20,000 nt of DNA from Halorussus marinus (GCF_004765795.1 NZ_SBIV01000009.1:109603-129602), one strand, 5' to 3'; positions 8,395 to 17,220 are shown, numbered from the stretch's first letter. Notes: a model not told the origin generated them from the sequence alone. Numbers and translations: made by a program.

Positions 8395-9861
8395 ATGGAC
8401 CTCAAACGCATCTCCCGCGGGCTCAAGGCGACGTTCGGCGCGCGAGTCATCTACATGGCCGCGAGCGGACTGTTGACGCTCGTTCTGACCCGGTTTCTCC
8501 TCTCTAACGAGCAGTACGGCCTGCTCGGCTCGGCGGTCGCGGTGCTCGGCGTCGCCCAGCTGTTCGGCGACCTCGGCATCGCCAAATCGGCCGCCAAGTA
8601 CGTGACCGAGTACCGCGAGAAAGACCCCGGACAAGCGCCCCACGTCCTCCGGGCCGCGGTGGTCTTCCGACTCGCCGCGGCGGGGGTCGTCGCCGGCGCG
8701 TTCCTCGCGTTCGGCGGCCCCATCGCGTCGCTGGTCGGCCAGCCCGAGATCGAACCCCTGCTCGCGCTCGGGGCCGGCTACATCGTGGTCCACTCGCTTT
8801 TCACCTTCTCGCAGGTCGTCTTCCAGGGATACAACCGGGTGAGCTACAGCGCGCTCGTTCAGGCGACCGGCGCGGCCGCCCGGCTCGTGCTCGCGGTCGC
8901 GGGGGTCGTCCTCGTCGGCGGCGCGGTCGGCGCCATGGCCGGCTACGTCGCGGGGTACGGGCTCGCGGCCGCGCTCGGGCTCGGGCTCCTGTACGCCAAG
9001 TGTTACCGGGGCGTCGAGGCCACCGCCGACCCCGAGCCCGGACTCGTCGGTCGGATGCTCCGGTACAGCGTGCCCCTGACCGCGACCCGAGGCGCGAACG
9101 TCCTCGACAAGCGGGTCGACACCATCCTGGTCGGATACTTCATGACGCCGGTGGCGGTCGGCTACTACTACCTCGCCAAACAGATCGTCGGGTTCGTCCA
9201 GACCCCGGCGGCGTCGCTCGGATTTACGCTCTCGCCGACCTACGGCGAGGAGAAGGCCAACGGCGACACCGACCGGGCGGCCCGACTCTACGAGACCGCC
9301 CTCGAACACACGCTTTTGTTCTACGTGCCGGCCGCGGCCGGCATCGTGCTGGTCGCCGAGCCCGCGATCAGGCTGGTGTTCGGCGAAAGCTACGTCGGAG
9401 CGGCGCCCGTGCTCCAGGTGTTCTCTGGGTACGTCGTCCTCCAGGCGGTCGCGTTCATCACCAGCGACGCGCTCGATTTCCTCGGGCGGGCCCGGTCGCG
9501 GGCCTACGCGAAGGGGCTGACCTCGGTCGGGAACTTCCTGCTCAACCTCGTTCTCATCCCGGCGTACGGCGTCGCGGGCGCGGCGGCCGCGACGGTCGTG
9601 ACGTTCGCGGGCTACACCGCGGTCAACGTCTGGGTCATCCACAGCGAGCTGTCGCTGTCGGTCGGCCGGCTCGTCCGCCACCTCGCGGCGACCGTCGGGG
9701 TCGCGGCCGCGATGTCGGTCGCGGTGGCGCTCGTGTTGACCGCCACGACGGGCGCGTTCGCGGTGGTCGCCGCGATCGCACTCGGAGTCGCGGTCTGGGC
9801 GGGGCTGTCGGTCGCCGGCGGGCTGGTCGATCCCGGACGGGTCACCGCCATCCTCTCGTGA
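8395..9861 (+). CDS. Wzx/MOP-family oligosaccharide flippase
   Basis: About 14 hydrophobic segments. TRFL...YG, DLGI, DTILVG...VGYY and LNLVLIPAYGVAGAAAAT are typical of polysaccharide biosynthesis flippases. Confidence 0.92.
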   Translation: MDLKRISRGLKATFGARVIYMAASGLLTLVLTRFLLSNEQYGLLGSAVAVLGVAQLFGDLGIAKSAAKYVTEYREKDPGQAPHVLRAAVVFRLAAAGVVAGAFLAFGGPIASLVGQPEIEPLLALGAGYIVVHSLFTFSQVVFQGYNRVSYSALVQATGAAARLVLAVAGVVLVGGAVGAMAGYVAGYGLAAALGLGLLYAKCYRGVEATADPEPGLVGRMLRYSVPLTATRGANVLDKRVDTILVGYFMTPVAVGYYYLAKQIVGFVQTPAASLGFTLSPTYGEEKANGDTDRAARLYETALEHTLLFYVPAAAGIVLVAEPAIRLVFGESYVGAAPVLQVFSGYVVLQAVAFITSDALDFLGRARSRAYAKGLTSVGNFLLNLVLIPAYGVAGAAAATVVTFAGYTAVNVWVIHSELSLSVGRLVRHLAATVGVAAAMSVAVALVLTATTGAFAVVAAIALGVAVWAGLSVAGGLVDPGRVTAILS

Positions 9862-9877
9862 GTCGACCGAGCCCCAC

Positions 9878-9907
9878 ACCGCCCGAGCCGACGGTCGGGT
9901 CGGCGGT
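9878..9907 (+). other. Imperfect GC-rich inverted repeat downstream of the flippase stop
   Basis: ACCGCC(C)GAGCCGA-cgg-TCGGGTCGGCGGT forms a stem with one bulge and one mismatch. Function unknown. Confidence 0.35.
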
Positions 9908-9958
9908 ACGCCCCGCGTAAATCCCCGCAGAACGCGCGTACGGCCCCGAAGACGGGCC

Positions 9959-9967
9959 ATAACAAAG
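9959..9967 (+). promoter_or_regulatory. ATAACAAAG motif, copy 3 (starts 66 nt upstream of ATG 10025)
   Basis: Exact repeat in the intergenic region before the phosphodiesterase-family gene. Confidence 0.65.
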
Positions 9968-10024
9968 GCCGACCCGCCCCTCGGTTGCGGCGAGCGGCGG
10001 GTTCGACGCCCGCAGTACACAACT

Positions 10025-11614
10025 ATGTCCATGGAAACCTCTGATCCGAACCGAGCGTTCGTGCTCGGCCTCGACGGCGTCCCGTGGTCGCTCGTCGAGG
10101 GATGGGTCGACGACGGCGAGCTACCGAACTTCGGCCGCCTCCTCGCGGAGGGCGCGGCCGGACCGCTCGAGAGCACGATGCCCCCGACCACGGCGCTCGC
10201 GTGGCCCACCATCGCCACCGGGACGTGGGCCGACAAGCACGGCGTCTACTCCTTCCGGGAGGTCCAGTCTGACTACACCAACCGGATGAACACGAGCAAC
10301 GACGTCTCGCGGCCCGAGCTCTGGGATCTCCTCGCGCCCGCGGTGGTCGCGAACGTCCCGATGACCTACCCCGCCGACGACGTCGACGGGCGAGTCGTCA
10401 CCGGGATGATGACCCCCGAGATCGGCGAGGGGTTCACACAGCCGCCCGCGCTGGCCGAGGAGATCGCCGACCGGATCCCCGACTACGACGTCGGACTGTC
10501 GTGGGAGGAGTACCGCGACGACACCGAGGGGTTTCGGGCCGACCTCGACGAGCTGGTCGAAGCCCGCCGGGCGCTGTTGGACCTGCTGATGGAGACCGAC
10601 GACTGGCGGCTGTTTTTCTTCGTGTTCACCGCGCCCGACCGGCTCCAGCACCTCGTCTGGGACGAGGAGGTGCTCCTCGATCACTACCGCGACCTCGACG
10701 ACGCGCTCGGGGACGTCCTCGACTACGTCGCCGACCGCGACGCGAACCTCTACGTGGTCTCGGACCACGGCTTCGGGCCGGTCGACACCTACGTCCACAC
10801 CAACACGTTCCTCGAACGCGAGGGGTATCTCACCCGGAAGGGCGGGTCTGGCCGGGGCACGCTCGAACGCCTCGGGCTCACCAAAGACCGGATCAGGGGC
10901 GCTATCTCCTCGGTCGGCATCGACGAGCGGGCGCTGTACGACCACCTCCCCGACGCGCTGGTCGACTCGCTCGCCTCTCAAGTCCCGGGAACCCACGAGC
11001 TCTACGACGTCGAGTTCTCCGAGACGGTCGCGTTCACCCACGGCGCGGGCAACTTATTCGTCAACGACACCGAGCGCTTCGAGGAGGGCGTGGTCGCGCC
11101 CGACGATATCCCGGCGGTCAAAGCCGAGATCCGATCCCGGCTCGAAGGCCTCACCGATCCCAAGACCGACGAGCCGGTGTTGAACGTCTACGACGGCGAC
11201 GACGTGTTCGAGACCGACCCCGAGAGCCCCGACCTCGTGGTTCGGGCCGACGAAGATGCGGGGTATCTGGTCGGCAACTCGCTGACCGACGAGGTGTTCC
11301 GCGAGAGTCGGATGGCCGCCAGCCACCGGGCCGAGGGCGTCTTCTTCGCGTGGGGCCCCTCTATCGAGGCCGGCGCGCGCCCCGACGGCGCCACGGTCGC
11401 CGACGTTGCCCCGACCGTGCTCCACGGCGTCGGCGAACCGGTGCCGGCGGACGCCGACGGCCGGGTGCTCGCGGAGATCTTCGACGCCGACGCGGCCGCC
11501 GGGCGAACTCGCCCGAGCGAGCGCGACTACGCCGACCGAGAGAGCGCCCAAGCGGTCGAGGCCGACTTCGAGGACGTGGAGTCCCGACTCAAAGGCCTCG
11601 GCTATATGGAGTAA
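10025..11614 (+). CDS. Alkaline phosphatase superfamily, type I phosphodiesterase/nucleotide pyrophosphatase-like protein
   Basis: GLDG, PPTTxxAWxTxxTG nucleophile region, DRLQH and SDHGF metal ligands, and a C-terminal RLKGLGY. An alternative start exists at 10031. Confidence 0.9.
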   Translation: MSMETSDPNRAFVLGLDGVPWSLVEGWVDDGELPNFGRLLAEGAAGPLESTMPPTTALAWPTIATGTWADKHGVYSFREVQSDYTNRMNTSNDVSRPELWDLLAPAVVANVPMTYPADDVDGRVVTGMMTPEIGEGFTQPPALAEEIADRIPDYDVGLSWEEYRDDTEGFRADLDELVEARRALLDLLMETDDWRLFFFVFTAPDRLQHLVWDEEVLLDHYRDLDDALGDVLDYVADRDANLYVVSDHGFGPVDTYVHTNTFLEREGYLTRKGGSGRGTLERLGLTKDRIRGAISSVGIDERALYDHLPDALVDSLASQVPGTHELYDVEFSETVAFTHGAGNLFVNDTERFEEGVVAPDDIPAVKAEIRSRLEGLTDPKTDEPVLNVYDGDDVFETDPESPDLVVRADEDAGYLVGNSLTDEVFRESRMAASHRAEGVFFAWGPSIEAGARPDGATVADVAPTVLHGVGEPVPADADGRVLAEIFDADAAAGRTRPSERDYADRESAQAVEADFEDVESRLKGLGYME

Positions 11615-11632
11615 GAGCGCGGAGTCAGACCC

Positions 11633-12577
11633 ATGCCCGAGGCCACAGCCCCGGACATCGACGTGTCGAACCGAACGGTGTTGATAACCGGCGGCGCGGG
11701 GTTCGTCGGAAGCCACCTCGCGGAAGCGCTGGTCGCCGACAACGAGGTGCGGGTGCTCGACGACCTCTCGGGGGGCTCGCCCGACAACGTCCCCGCGGGC
11801 GCCGAACTGATCGAGGGCGATATCCGGGACCCCGAGACCGTCGCCGACGCGATGGCGGGGGTCGATCTCGTCTTCCATCAGGCCGCGCTGGTCAGCGTCG
11901 AGCAGTCGATCGAGCGCCCGCAGGCCAGCCACCGGATCAACGTCGACGCCACGGTCGAACTCCTCGAACGCGCACGCCAGACGGACGCTCGGGTGGTGCT
12001 CGCCTCCTCGGCCGCGATCTACGGTCACCCCGAGTCGGTGCCGGTCGCCGAGAGCGATCCGAAAGAGCCGACCTCGCCGTACGGGATCGACAAGCTCTCG
12101 ATCGACCACTACGCCCGGCGCTACCGGGACCTCTACGGGCTCGAAGCCGTCCCGCTCCGGTACTTTAACGTCTACGGGCCGCGCCAGAACCCCGAGTACA
12201 GCGCGGTCGTGAGCGTGTTCTTCCGGCAGGCCCGCGACGGCGGTCCGATCACGGTCGAAGGCGACGGCGAGCAGACCCGCGACTTCGTCCACGTCTCGGA
12301 CGTGGTCCGGGCGAACCTGCTGGCGGCGACCACCGACCGCGTCGGCGAGCCGTTCAACGTCGGGACCGGCACCAGCGTCACCGTCAACGAGCTCGCCGAG
12401 ACGGTGATCGAGGTGACCGGCTCGGACGCCGACATCGAACACGTCGACCCCAGACCCGGCGACATCCGCCACAGCGAGGCCGACGTCTCGGCGGCCCGCG
12501 AGGCGCTCGGCTACGAGCCGACCGTCTCGTTAGAGGATGGGCTCCGGGAGTTAGCCGAGGCCCAGGGCCTCAGATAG
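11633..12577 (+). CDS. NAD-dependent epimerase/dehydratase (extended SDR, GalE/WbpP-like)
   Basis: TGGAGFVG, SSAAIYG, the catalytic YxxxK (YGIDK), RYFNVYGPRQ and GDGEQTRDF. Confidence 0.95.
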   Translation: MPEATAPDIDVSNRTVLITGGAGFVGSHLAEALVADNEVRVLDDLSGGSPDNVPAGAELIEGDIRDPETVADAMAGVDLVFHQAALVSVEQSIERPQASHRINVDATVELLERARQTDARVVLASSAAIYGHPESVPVAESDPKEPTSPYGIDKLSIDHYARRYRDLYGLEAVPLRYFNVYGPRQNPEYSAVVSVFFRQARDGGPITVEGDGEQTRDFVHVSDVVRANLLAATTDRVGEPFNVGTGTSVTVNELAETVIEVTGSDADIEHVDPRPGDIRHSEADVSAAREALGYEPTVSLEDGLRELAEAQGLR

Positions 12578-12681
12578 CCCGGTCGAGAGACCGATCGGAC
12601 TCGGAGTCCTGAGTCGGCGTTCTCCGAGCCGAAAACCAGACCGCACCGCGAGAGACGCGTTCGCACGTTCCCCGACGTCGG

Positions 12682-13548
12682 TCACTTCTCGTTGATGGAC
12701 TCGCTTGCGATGTTACGCCCGCGAGTCTTCAAACTCACTTCGCGCCGCTTGCGGACCTCCTCCAGCACGTCGACTTCGATGAGTCGCTCGAAGATGCTCT
12801 CGACCTCGTCGACGTCCATCCCGAGGAAGTCCGGGATCTCGAACGGCGATACCCCCGAGTACAGCGCCATCAGCACTTCTTTTTCGACTTCGTTCAGCTC
12901 GACGCCGCCCTCGTTCTTTCGCTCGCCCTTCCGGAGGAGCGACTCCAGGAGGGTTGCCCGCCGGGTGTCGCCCGAGATGTACGTCTGGACGCTGGTGTCG
13001 CCCTGCGTGTGTTCGACTTCGAGGACGGTCCGCTGTTGGCCCTTGACCGTTCGGGCCGCCCGGTCGACGCCGCCGATGTCGTCGAGTTCGATGCCGACGA
13101 ACGTCCCGCTCGCGATGGCGACGTTGACCATCTCTTCGGTGATCTTGATGCGGGCTTTCTCCCACTCGGTGTCCTGGACGACGCCCCCTTCGACCGCGGG
13201 GTGTTTCGTCAGGATCATCTCCTGGTTGAGGAGCGCGCCGTAGAAGTCGGTCTCGAACTCGTCGATGTCGGTGTTGGGCCCGAGCAACACGACGTTATCG
13301 CCGAACTCCACGCTCAGGTAGTCCGAGACGCTCGCGACCGCCTGATTCACGTCGTAGCGCCCCTTCAGGCCGTCGACCTCCGAGAGGGGAATCGTTCGCT
13401 TGCCACCGTTGCCGGCCAGCACCAGTCGCTTGTTCGACAGCAGGATGCGGCCGCTGGTCCAGTCGGGGTCGTTCAGCTTGCGGCCCTTCTTGACCACTTG
13501 CAGGAACTTCCCCTGCGTGTCGGATATCTTGTACTCGCCTTCGCTCAT
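12682..13548 (-). CDS. cheF1: Archaeal chemotaxis adaptor CheF (DUF439)
   Basis: GRILLSNKRLVL, HPAVEGGVV, and a C-terminal LMALYSGVSPFEIPDF wHTH-like region. 288 aa, near a HEAT-repeat gene. Confidence 0.92.
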   Translation of the reverse strand: MSEGEYKISDTQGKFLQVVKKGRKLNDPDWTSGRILLSNKRLVLAGNGGKRTIPLSEVDGLKGRYDVNQAVASVSDYLSVEFGDNVVLLGPNTDIDEFETDFYGALLNQEMILTKHPAVEGGVVQDTEWEKARIKITEEMVNVAIASGTFVGIELDDIGGVDRAARTVKGQQRTVLEVEHTQGDTSVQTYISGDTRRATLLESLLRKGERKNEGGVELNEVEKEVLMALYSGVSPFEIPDFLGMDVDEVESIFERLIEVDVLEEVRKRREVSLKTRGRNIASESINEK

Positions 13549-13563
13549 GCGTTATCTCCGGGC

Positions 13564-13597
13564 TCGCGGCGTCTCGCCTGCCGGCGGGGCGCCGCGA
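13564..13597. other. 15-bp inverted repeat between the transducer gene and cheF1
   Basis: TCGCGGCGTCTCGCC-tgcc-GGCGGGGCGCCGCGA: 13 Watson-Crick pairs plus 2 G-T pairs as read on the + strand. Confidence 0.6.
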
Positions 13598-13656
13598 TTC
13601 GTCGCGGATCGTCGGTTCCGGTGGCGCGATTCGATCATGCGGGTGGCCGAACGGGC

Positions 13657-15624
13657 TCAGTCGCCATCGCGCATCGCGTCCACGCGGGTCGAGAGCTCCT
13701 CGATGGCGTCTGTCTGTGCCTCGGTCGCCGCGACGATGTCGTCGGTCGCCGACTCGACGTCGTTGGTCTGATCGCGCACCGAATCGACCGTCGCCATCAC
13801 CTGCTCGACGTTGGCCGCCTGCTCGTCGTTGGCCTCCGCGACCTCGGTCACGCCGGAGGCGGCCTCCTCGACCGCGTCGGCGATCTCTTCGAGCGCGACC
13901 AGCGCGTCTTCGATCTCGTTGCCGGCGTGCTTGACCTGCTCGTTCGACTCCTCGACGGCGACCACAGTCTCGTTGGCCTGCGACTGGATCTCCTCGATCC
14001 GGCCGGCGATCTCCTCGGTGTGCTCGCGGGTCTCGTTGGCCAACTGCTTGACCTCGTCGGCGACGACTTCGAATCCCGAACCGGCCTCGCCCGCGCGGGC
14101 GGCCTCGATGTTGGCATTGAGCGCGAGGAGGTTGGTCTGGTCGGCGACCTCCGCGATCACCTCGACGACGTCCTCGATCTCGTTCATCTGGGATTCGAGT
14201 TCGGTCACCGTCTCGACGAGGCTCTCGCTCATCTCGATGACCTCGTCGGTCGCCTCCCGGGCACCCTGACTCGATTCGAGCCCGCTGTCCGCCGAGGCCT
14301 TCGCCTGCTCGGCCGCCGACGCCACCTGATCGGAGCTCGCGGCGACCTCCTGCATGCTCGCCGAGAAGTTCTCCATCTCGGTCGCGACCTCCGACAGCTG
14401 GTCGGTCTGCTCGTCGACCCGATCGTCGATGACCCGGGCGGCCTCGGCCGCGTTCTCGACCTCGGTCGCGAGGTCGTCGGCTTTCTGCCCGACGTGCTCG
14501 GCCGACGTCTCGAACCGCTCGGCCATCGCGTTGACCTGATCGACGACTTCGATCAGCGAGTCATCGACCACGCCGTACTCGTCCTCGAACGAGGCTCTCG
14601 CCGAGAGCTCCCCGGCCTCCATCGCCGAGAGAGTCCCGCCGAGCTCCTCGACCAGCGAGGCGATCCCTCGCTGGCGGCGTGCGTCCTCGGTGCGGTCGCG
14701 CACGGTTTCGACCACCGCGACGAGTTCGTCGCCCTCGTACAGCGGCATCGCGGAGAACTCGATCTCGCGGTGCTCGCCGTCACGGTCGGTCATCGTCCCC
14801 TCGTCGCGATAGAGCGTCCGCTCGCCGCCGGCCCGTTCGACATCGAACTCCGTGTGGGCCGACTCCGGCGCCGCCGCGACCTTGTCGGCCAGCGTCTTGA
14901 CCCGACGGCCGTCGGGGTAGAACGCCTCGCTGACCTGCTCCATCCCGAGCGCCTCCTCGGCGGAACGGCCGGTCAGCTCCTCGAGCGCCGTGTTCCACGC
15001 CGCGACCTCGTCGCGTTCGACGTCGAGCATGAACACCGGAACGCCGATCCCGTCGAGGAGTTCGTCGTCGTCGACGTTGAGTTCGTCGGCTGGCTCGGCC
15101 CCACCAGTCGCCGCCCCCGCGTCGCTCGCCGTCCTCGCGCCGTACGCCTCGAGACCGCGCTCCATATCCTCGAACGTCGCCGACAGCGCCGACCGGAGCT
15201 CCGATTCGGCGTGCTGGATCTCGGCGGCGACCGCTTCGTTGTCGGCCCCGAGTCGGTGTTCGAGCCGCTCGAACGCCTCCTCGACGAGCGTCGAGACGCT
15301 CGCCTCGTACGTGGCCGCGAACGCGGCCGCCGGAGCCCCCGCCTCGACGTGGCGCCGCCCCAGTTCGGTCGCGTCTTCGATTACGCCGCCGGGGTCCTCG
15401 ACCGTTCGGCCGAGGTGAGTCGCTTGGGACTGCTGGAGGGCCTCGTCGGTTTCCGTTCCACGATAGGCGTCCGCGAGATCGGCCGGGGCGATACGCTCGG
15501 TGTCGGAGACCGACACCGCGGACGTCTGCGTTCCCCCGTCGAAGGTGACATCGTGCTGTCGATCGGCGGGATTGCTATCCCGACTGAATCTTGTTAAAAT
15601 TTTTACGAGCCTGTCCCTGACCAT
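13657..15624 (-). CDS. Soluble methyl-accepting chemotaxis transducer (globin-like N-terminus, PAS, HAMP, signalling domain)
   Basis: Hairpin tip IAEVADQTNLLALNANIEAARAGEAGSGFEVVADEVKQLA and a PAS domain (PVFMLD...WNTALEELTG...VVETVRDRTE). No transmembrane segment is visible. Confidence 0.95.
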   Translation of the reverse strand: MVRDRLVKILTRFSRDSNPADRQHDVTFDGGTQTSAVSVSDTERIAPADLADAYRGTETDEALQQSQATHLGRTVEDPGGVIEDATELGRRHVEAGAPAAAFAATYEASVSTLVEEAFERLEHRLGADNEAVAAEIQHAESELRSALSATFEDMERGLEAYGARTASDAGAATGGAEPADELNVDDDELLDGIGVPVFMLDVERDEVAAWNTALEELTGRSAEEALGMEQVSEAFYPDGRRVKTLADKVAAAPESAHTEFDVERAGGERTLYRDEGTMTDRDGEHREIEFSAMPLYEGDELVAVVETVRDRTEDARRQRGIASLVEELGGTLSAMEAGELSARASFEDEYGVVDDSLIEVVDQVNAMAERFETSAEHVGQKADDLATEVENAAEAARVIDDRVDEQTDQLSEVATEMENFSASMQEVAASSDQVASAAEQAKASADSGLESSQGAREATDEVIEMSESLVETVTELESQMNEIEDVVEVIAEVADQTNLLALNANIEAARAGEAGSGFEVVADEVKQLANETREHTEEIAGRIEEIQSQANETVVAVEESNEQVKHAGNEIEDALVALEEIADAVEEAASGVTEVAEANDEQAANVEQVMATVDSVRDQTNDVESATDDIVAATEAQTDAIEELSTRVDAMRDGD

Positions 15625-15651
15625 CTTTGGCGGAAAGAGACACCAAATGGA

Positions 15652-15657
15652 TATAAA
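15652..15657 (-). promoter_or_regulatory. TATA box of the transducer gene
   Basis: TTTATA on the minus strand 28-33 nt upstream of ATG 15624, preceded by A-rich TAAAGC. This spacing fits a leaderless or short-leader haloarchaeal promoter. Confidence 0.7.
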
Positions 15658-15786
15658 GCTTTACGCAAATTTCACACGCGATAACCCCGTTCGGCCGCGC
15701 GACTCGACGGAGTATCACGTCCCTGTCAAGCCGTTCGATGTCGGTCGATCGATCCCGGGCTGACTCGTCCGGCGACGGCGAGCGAA

Positions 15787-17007
15787 TCAGGCCCTCCCGC
15801 CGAGTTTCGAGAGCGCCGAGAACGCCCGCTTTCGGACCTGCTCGTCGTCGGTGTCGTCGATCAAGCTGTCGAGTCTGTCGCGCGAGCGCTCGCCGCCCAC
15901 CTTCCCGAGCGTGAACGCCGCCTTCGCCCGGGCGTCCGCGCCGGCCTCGGGATCGTCGAGCAGGTCGAGCAGGGCGTCTTCGGCGGCTTCGCCGCCGACG
16001 TTCGCGATGCTCGTGGCCGCGAACTGGGCGGTCATGCCGTCGTCGTCACCCAGAACCGACACCAGCGCCTCGACCGCGGCCTCCCTGTTCGCCTCGCCCG
16101 TGACGCGCCCGAGGAGCCACGCCGCGTTCCGGCGCTGGTGGGCCTGGGTCCCCTGTTCGAGGATGTCGATCAGCGACTCGACGACGCTCCGGTGGTCGTT
16201 GGCGCTCAGCTTCTCGACCATTCGCTGGCGGAGCTGGTGGCTCTGCTGGCCGGGGGCGTTCGAGAGGAGTTCGATGAGCGAGAACACCGCCGCCCGGCGG
16301 ACCGCCTCGACGTCGTCGGACAGCAGCGAGACGAGCGCGTCGAGCGGTTTGGCGCTCCCGAAGTTCCCCAGCGAGTTGGCGGCGATCCGCCGGACGGTCT
16401 CGCTGTCGTCGTCGAGCAGGTCGAGCAGCGCGTCGAGGGCCTCCTCGGTCCCGATGCGCCCGAGCGAGTCGGCCGCCTCCCGTCGAACGTCGACGGTCTC
16501 GTCGCCGAGGGCCTTCCGAAGCGCCGAAACCGCCCGTGGGTCTCCGATCCGTCCGATCGCCCGTGCCGCCCGGGCTCGGACCCGCGTGTCGGGGTCGCCG
16601 AGTCGCCCGATGAGCGCTTTCGTCCCCGCGCGGTTACCCAGCCGCCCCAGCGCGTTTGCGGCCGCCATCCGGAGTTCGGGCTGGTCGGCCGACAGTAGAT
16701 CCACGAGCGCTTCGGCCCGCGCCCACTCGGCGCCATCGGTGGGCACCTCCTCGTCGGAGAGTGCGCCGATGAGCCGCTCGACCGCGTGGCGCTGGTCGAG
16801 CGCGTCGATCGCCGCCGCTCGGACCCCATCGCTGTCGTCCCCTTCGACGGCCTTCACGAGCGCGTCCTCGACGACCTGCTCGTTGCCGTCTATGTCGCCG
16901 AGGATCTCGGCCGCGCGCCGACGGACCGCCTCGTTGTTGCTGTTTTTCAGCAGCGAGACGATCTCGTCGGTCTCCCCCGTTTTCTCCAGTTCGAACAGCG
17001 AAGTCAC
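15787..17007 (-). CDS. HEAT/PBS-lyase repeat protein of haloarchaeal chemotaxis clusters
   Basis: Repeated VRxxAAxxLG units. GTG start with SD-like GGAGTGA upstream. Lies near cheF1. Confidence 0.9.
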   Translation of the reverse strand: MTSLFELEKTGETDEIVSLLKNSNNEAVRRRAAEILGDIDGNEQVVEDALVKAVEGDDSDGVRAAAIDALDQRHAVERLIGALSDEEVPTDGAEWARAEALVDLLSADQPELRMAAANALGRLGNRAGTKALIGRLGDPDTRVRARAARAIGRIGDPRAVSALRKALGDETVDVRREAADSLGRIGTEEALDALLDLLDDDSETVRRIAANSLGNFGSAKPLDALVSLLSDDVEAVRRAAVFSLIELLSNAPGQQSHQLRQRMVEKLSANDHRSVVESLIDILEQGTQAHQRRNAAWLLGRVTGEANREAAVEALVSVLGDDDGMTAQFAATSIANVGGEAAEDALLDLLDDPEAGADARAKAAFTLGKVGGERSRDRLDSLIDDTDDEQVRKRAFSALSKLGGRA

Positions 17008-17137
17008 GACTAATCACTCCGAGCGGGGCGAGAAAAAACGTGGTGGTAATCGGTCGGAAACGGGAAGATCCCGAATCAGACGCTCACAGCGCTCTCCTGA
17101 GAGAGCGACTGCGGGATGGTTGCGCGGTAGACGGTGA

Positions 17138-17220
17138 CTACATTAGCTCCTCGACTGGCGTTTTCATTCAGGTGTTTGACGCGTCCTCTGACAGTTGTAG
17201 TAGTGCACGAATAATTCATA
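17138..17220 (-). mobile_element. Probable decayed 3' end of an IS6-family transposase
   Basis: Reads ELFVHYYNCQRTRQT, then after frameshifts LNE / TPVEELM*. This resembles the FVHYYNxQRPHQxLxGxTPxEE tail I recall for haloarchaeal IS6 transposases. Confidence 0.55.

Noticed and set aside
9930..10021. Possible tRNA gene suggested by GCGGG-TTCGACG-CCCGC
   Set aside because: No convincing acceptor, D or anticodon arm at the right spacing, and no CCA end.
12578..12681. Short palindromes between the convergent epimerase and cheF1 genes as terminators
   Set aside because: The stems are short and there is no clear oligo-T tract on the + strand, so they cannot be told from chance.
13009..15597. 862-aa + strand ORF, and other long overlapping ORFs such as 8377-10236, 6926-8476, 10501-12168 and 15851-17137
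   Set aside because: These are antisense or frame shadows of well-supported genes, expected at this GC content. They show no recognisable motifs.
17090..17107. Hairpin CGCTCTC-ctga-GAGAGCG as an IS200/IS605 end
   Set aside because: The stem is only 7 bp, it lies beyond the IS6-like fragment, and no partner end was found.
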